NCBI GenBank assembly: GCA_008632985.1
Contig: QPGO01000027.1
Span: forward strand, 496,001-560,000
Length of the DNA: 64,000 nt
Origin: Psammoneis japonica
Taxonomy: Eukaryota
Reading direction: 5' to 3'
Shown here: positions 61,372 to 64,000 of the stretch, piece after piece
Position numbering within the stretch: position 1 is the first letter of the stretch
How the letters are laid out: every line of letters starts with the position of its first letter
The notes under the pieces: generated by a model
The model's input: only the letters and a program-made list of their open reading frames with translations
What the model was told of the DNA's origin: nothing
The model's database searches: none
Translations under genes and position numbers: made by a program

Positions 61372-62443
61372 ATGAATCGAAAAATTCAAAATCTTATCAT
61401 GTTTTTTGCGGCCTCCTTTTGGACGGGAGCTTTGGCGTTTGTTCCGCAAAGATTGTTGCACTCCTTGTCGTGGTCATCATCATCAAGCCGGGTTTCATCA
61501 AACGTAGTAATTTTCATGGCAAAAAAGAAAAAGCTATCCTTTGCTGAAAAGAAGAAACGTCGTGCCGAAAAACAAAGACAACAGCAGAGGTGCCGTCGAC
61601 CCCCGCCAATATCAAGTTTTATTCCACACCACAAGAAGAACAAGAAGTAGCATCGCGCCTGTCAGCGATGATGATGCTCCCGAGAAGCAACGTGCCAAAG
61701 AGATTTTAGCGGCACAACGAGAATCGGTAAACATGTTGACTCATATACGCAAATGTGTAGATAGTTTGGATGCGGATGCCATTTGTCAATCCCTCGAATC
61801 GGTCGGGTATGCCGTGATTGATGACTTTTGCAAGGACAGTGACATTATTAGTACTTTGCAAGACGAAGGAACATTCTTACAAGAAAATGATCACATGGAG
61901 CTTGATCTGTCTCATGGAATTGGAAGTGGCGAATATGTGGTAAAAATTGAGGGTGGACAAGAACAGTATAAATACTGCCCGAGGACGGTTGAATGGATTG
62001 TTGGCGTGACGAAACAGCTACCCCCAAAGCTGGAAGAATTCGCAAAGCTCGATTCATCTGCGTCCATGGGGAGTATGAAAACGTATAGTCGCAAGGCAAG
62101 AATGGCTTCGATTGCGCTCCTGACGGGAAAGGAAGAGGAGGCTGATTTGGGAACAACCGAGCGTGAATACAATGTCATTGTGCCAGAGTCAGAAGCGGAA
62201 AGCGATTTCAGACGCTTGACTCTCCTGTATTATCCTGTTTCTCAGGAGTGGGACGAGGAATGTGGAGGTGGGATAACCTTTGAAGCCAGCAAGTCTTTTG
62301 TGCAAGCAAAGCGAGATCGACTTGTTCTTCTCAAATCAGATACTTGCCGACACCGACAAGAGCCATACAAAGGAAGAGAGGCTGACGGCTTGGAGACGTC
62401 TAGTTGCATTGAGCTCCATCTAGTTCAACAAGCATCGTCATGA
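61372..62443 (+). CDS. 2OG-Fe(II) oxygenase/prolyl hydroxylase-like protein, probably plastid-targeted
   Basis: Signal peptide ending ALA-FVP, GYAVIDDF, RRLTLLYY, W...CGG, DRLVLLKSD..RH; frameshift ~61600. Confidence 0.65.
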
Positions 62444-62819
62444 TAAACAATGTTCAACATACAAAACACAAATTATACAGACCAAACGATACCTAAAGTA
62501 GATGAAGGAACAGAATCTGGGTCGCGCCAAAGATTTGTGTGTGAAACGAGCAGAAACGCTGACGCCTGATGACCACACAAATCCATCTCTACGTAGGTCA
62601 GTACCAATCCCTACGTAGAAAGCGCAGAATCCACTCATCATCCCGATCTTGAATCTTCGTCGGCATGGGCATTCTCAGCGCTTGCTGCTGTTGTTGTCCT
62701 GGTCCATCACACCACATTCTTGTAGCGGTTCGTGTTACATGCTAACTACCCTCACGGTCCTTCTTAGTATCGTTTCTGCCTCATCGAAGAATACCGACGT
62801 TTGTAGTTCAGAAAACACC

Positions 62820-63983
62820 ATGACGGACAGTAACAGTTTTGTCGCCAAACTCGAGGCTCGTGTCAAAAACGCAGACAGCCTCCTCTGTGTCGGTCTCGAT
62901 CCGCACTTAAAAGAACTATTTCCCGATATTCAGGATGCAAGTAGTACTGTTTCGGAAGAGGACCGATGCGATGCAGCCTACACGTTTTGCAAGACGTTGA
63001 TTGATGCGACCGCACCTCACGCGGCGTGCTACAAACCGAATGCGGCCTTTTTTGAAGCGCTGGGAAGCAACGGCGGGGGCATGAAAACATTGAAACGAGT
63101 TATAGCGCAGGTGCCGTCGGATATTCCGATTTTATTAGATGTCAAGCGTGGTGATATCGGAAGTACAGCCGCTGCTTATGCTGATGCGTGTTATGACGTG
63201 GGTGCTGATGCTGTCACGCTCAGCCCACTCATGGGTTGGGATTCTGTTAGCCCGTTTGTTACAGGTAGGGTATAATGGACTTTCTATTCACTAAGAATCT
63301 CATGTTTGTGCACTTATACACGTTCTTTGTTATTTTTCTTACACGATATAAGGAAAATACGCCAGTAAGGGGGCATTTGTTCTGTGTAAGACATCAAATC
63401 CTGGTTCAAACGAAATTTTGGCGCTCAATCTGGGATCGGGACAGACCGTATTTGAAAGAATTGCACAATTGGCCAACACGTGGTCGTCGGAATCTAACGC
63501 AACACTTGGTCTTGTCGTGGGTGCTACCGATCCGGTTGCCATGAAGCGTGCACGACAGGCAGCGGGGCCAAATGTTTGGATTTTGGCGCCGGGTGTTGGC
63601 GCGCAAGGTGGAAACTTGCAAGAGGCAGCCGAAGCTGGTATGAATGCAGACGGCACTCACTTGTTACTTCCTGTGTCACGCGGTATTTCTCAGGCTTCGA
63701 ATCCAGGGGAAGCAGCAAAGCAACTAAAAGAACAAATCAACGAAGCAAGAAAAGCTGTCGTGTCGTCGCAAGACAAAGCGGAAGAGTCTGGAACGCTAGA
63801 GCCCTACCAGCAAGAGTTTTTGGAATTCAGTTTATCAGAGGGAGTATTAAAGTTTGGATCCTTTGTCCTGAAAAGTGGGCGAACGTCTCCTTACTTTTTC
63901 AATGCTGGTTTGTTTGCGTCTGGCGGTGCTCTTCACACGCTCGGATCAGCATATGCGGCAGCCATTATGGCGTCATCGGAATT
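62820..63983 (+). CDS. UMPS: UMP synthase, ODC-OPRT domain order (5' part)
   Basis: [35 protein letters not shown], then [17 protein letters not shown]. Intron 63265-63352; next intron starts at 63984. Confidence 0.93.
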
Positions 63984-64000
63984 GTAAGTAGAGTGGAAAA

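Overview
Eukaryotic genomic DNA, most likely a pennate diatom (short GT-AG introns, DUF6824-type protein, CoDi-like Copia, ODC-OPRT ordered UMP synthase). Gene-dense stretches encode LDH, an NFACT protein, a VWA/alpha2delta-like protein, TDP2, MSH2, a very large multi-BAH ORC1, UDP-glucuronate epimerase, a MOV10/SDE3-like helicase, a macrodomain protein, two GFA-like paralogs, a Cys-rich secreted repeat protein, a 2OG-Fe(II) oxygenase-like protein and UMPS. Two sharply bounded islands (~27.5-29.6 kb and ~37.6-57.6 kb) hold Copia, Gypsy and other decayed elements. The main discovery is a polarised hypermutation of these islands: TpA is converted to CpA/TpG, in addition to the expected CpG decay. 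The two LTRs of one Copia show it directly: by my manual alignment 10 of 16 TpA and 4 of 11 CpG sites changed, with only one other substitution, and all TpA/CpG losses are in the inner LTR. Conserved Tyr residues become His/Cys throughout the element. This looks like a repeat- or heterochromatin-targeted mutator that runs opposite to fungal RIP. Several host genes carry single-base homopolymer deletions typical of long-read assembly error, so an amplified-DNA control is essential.
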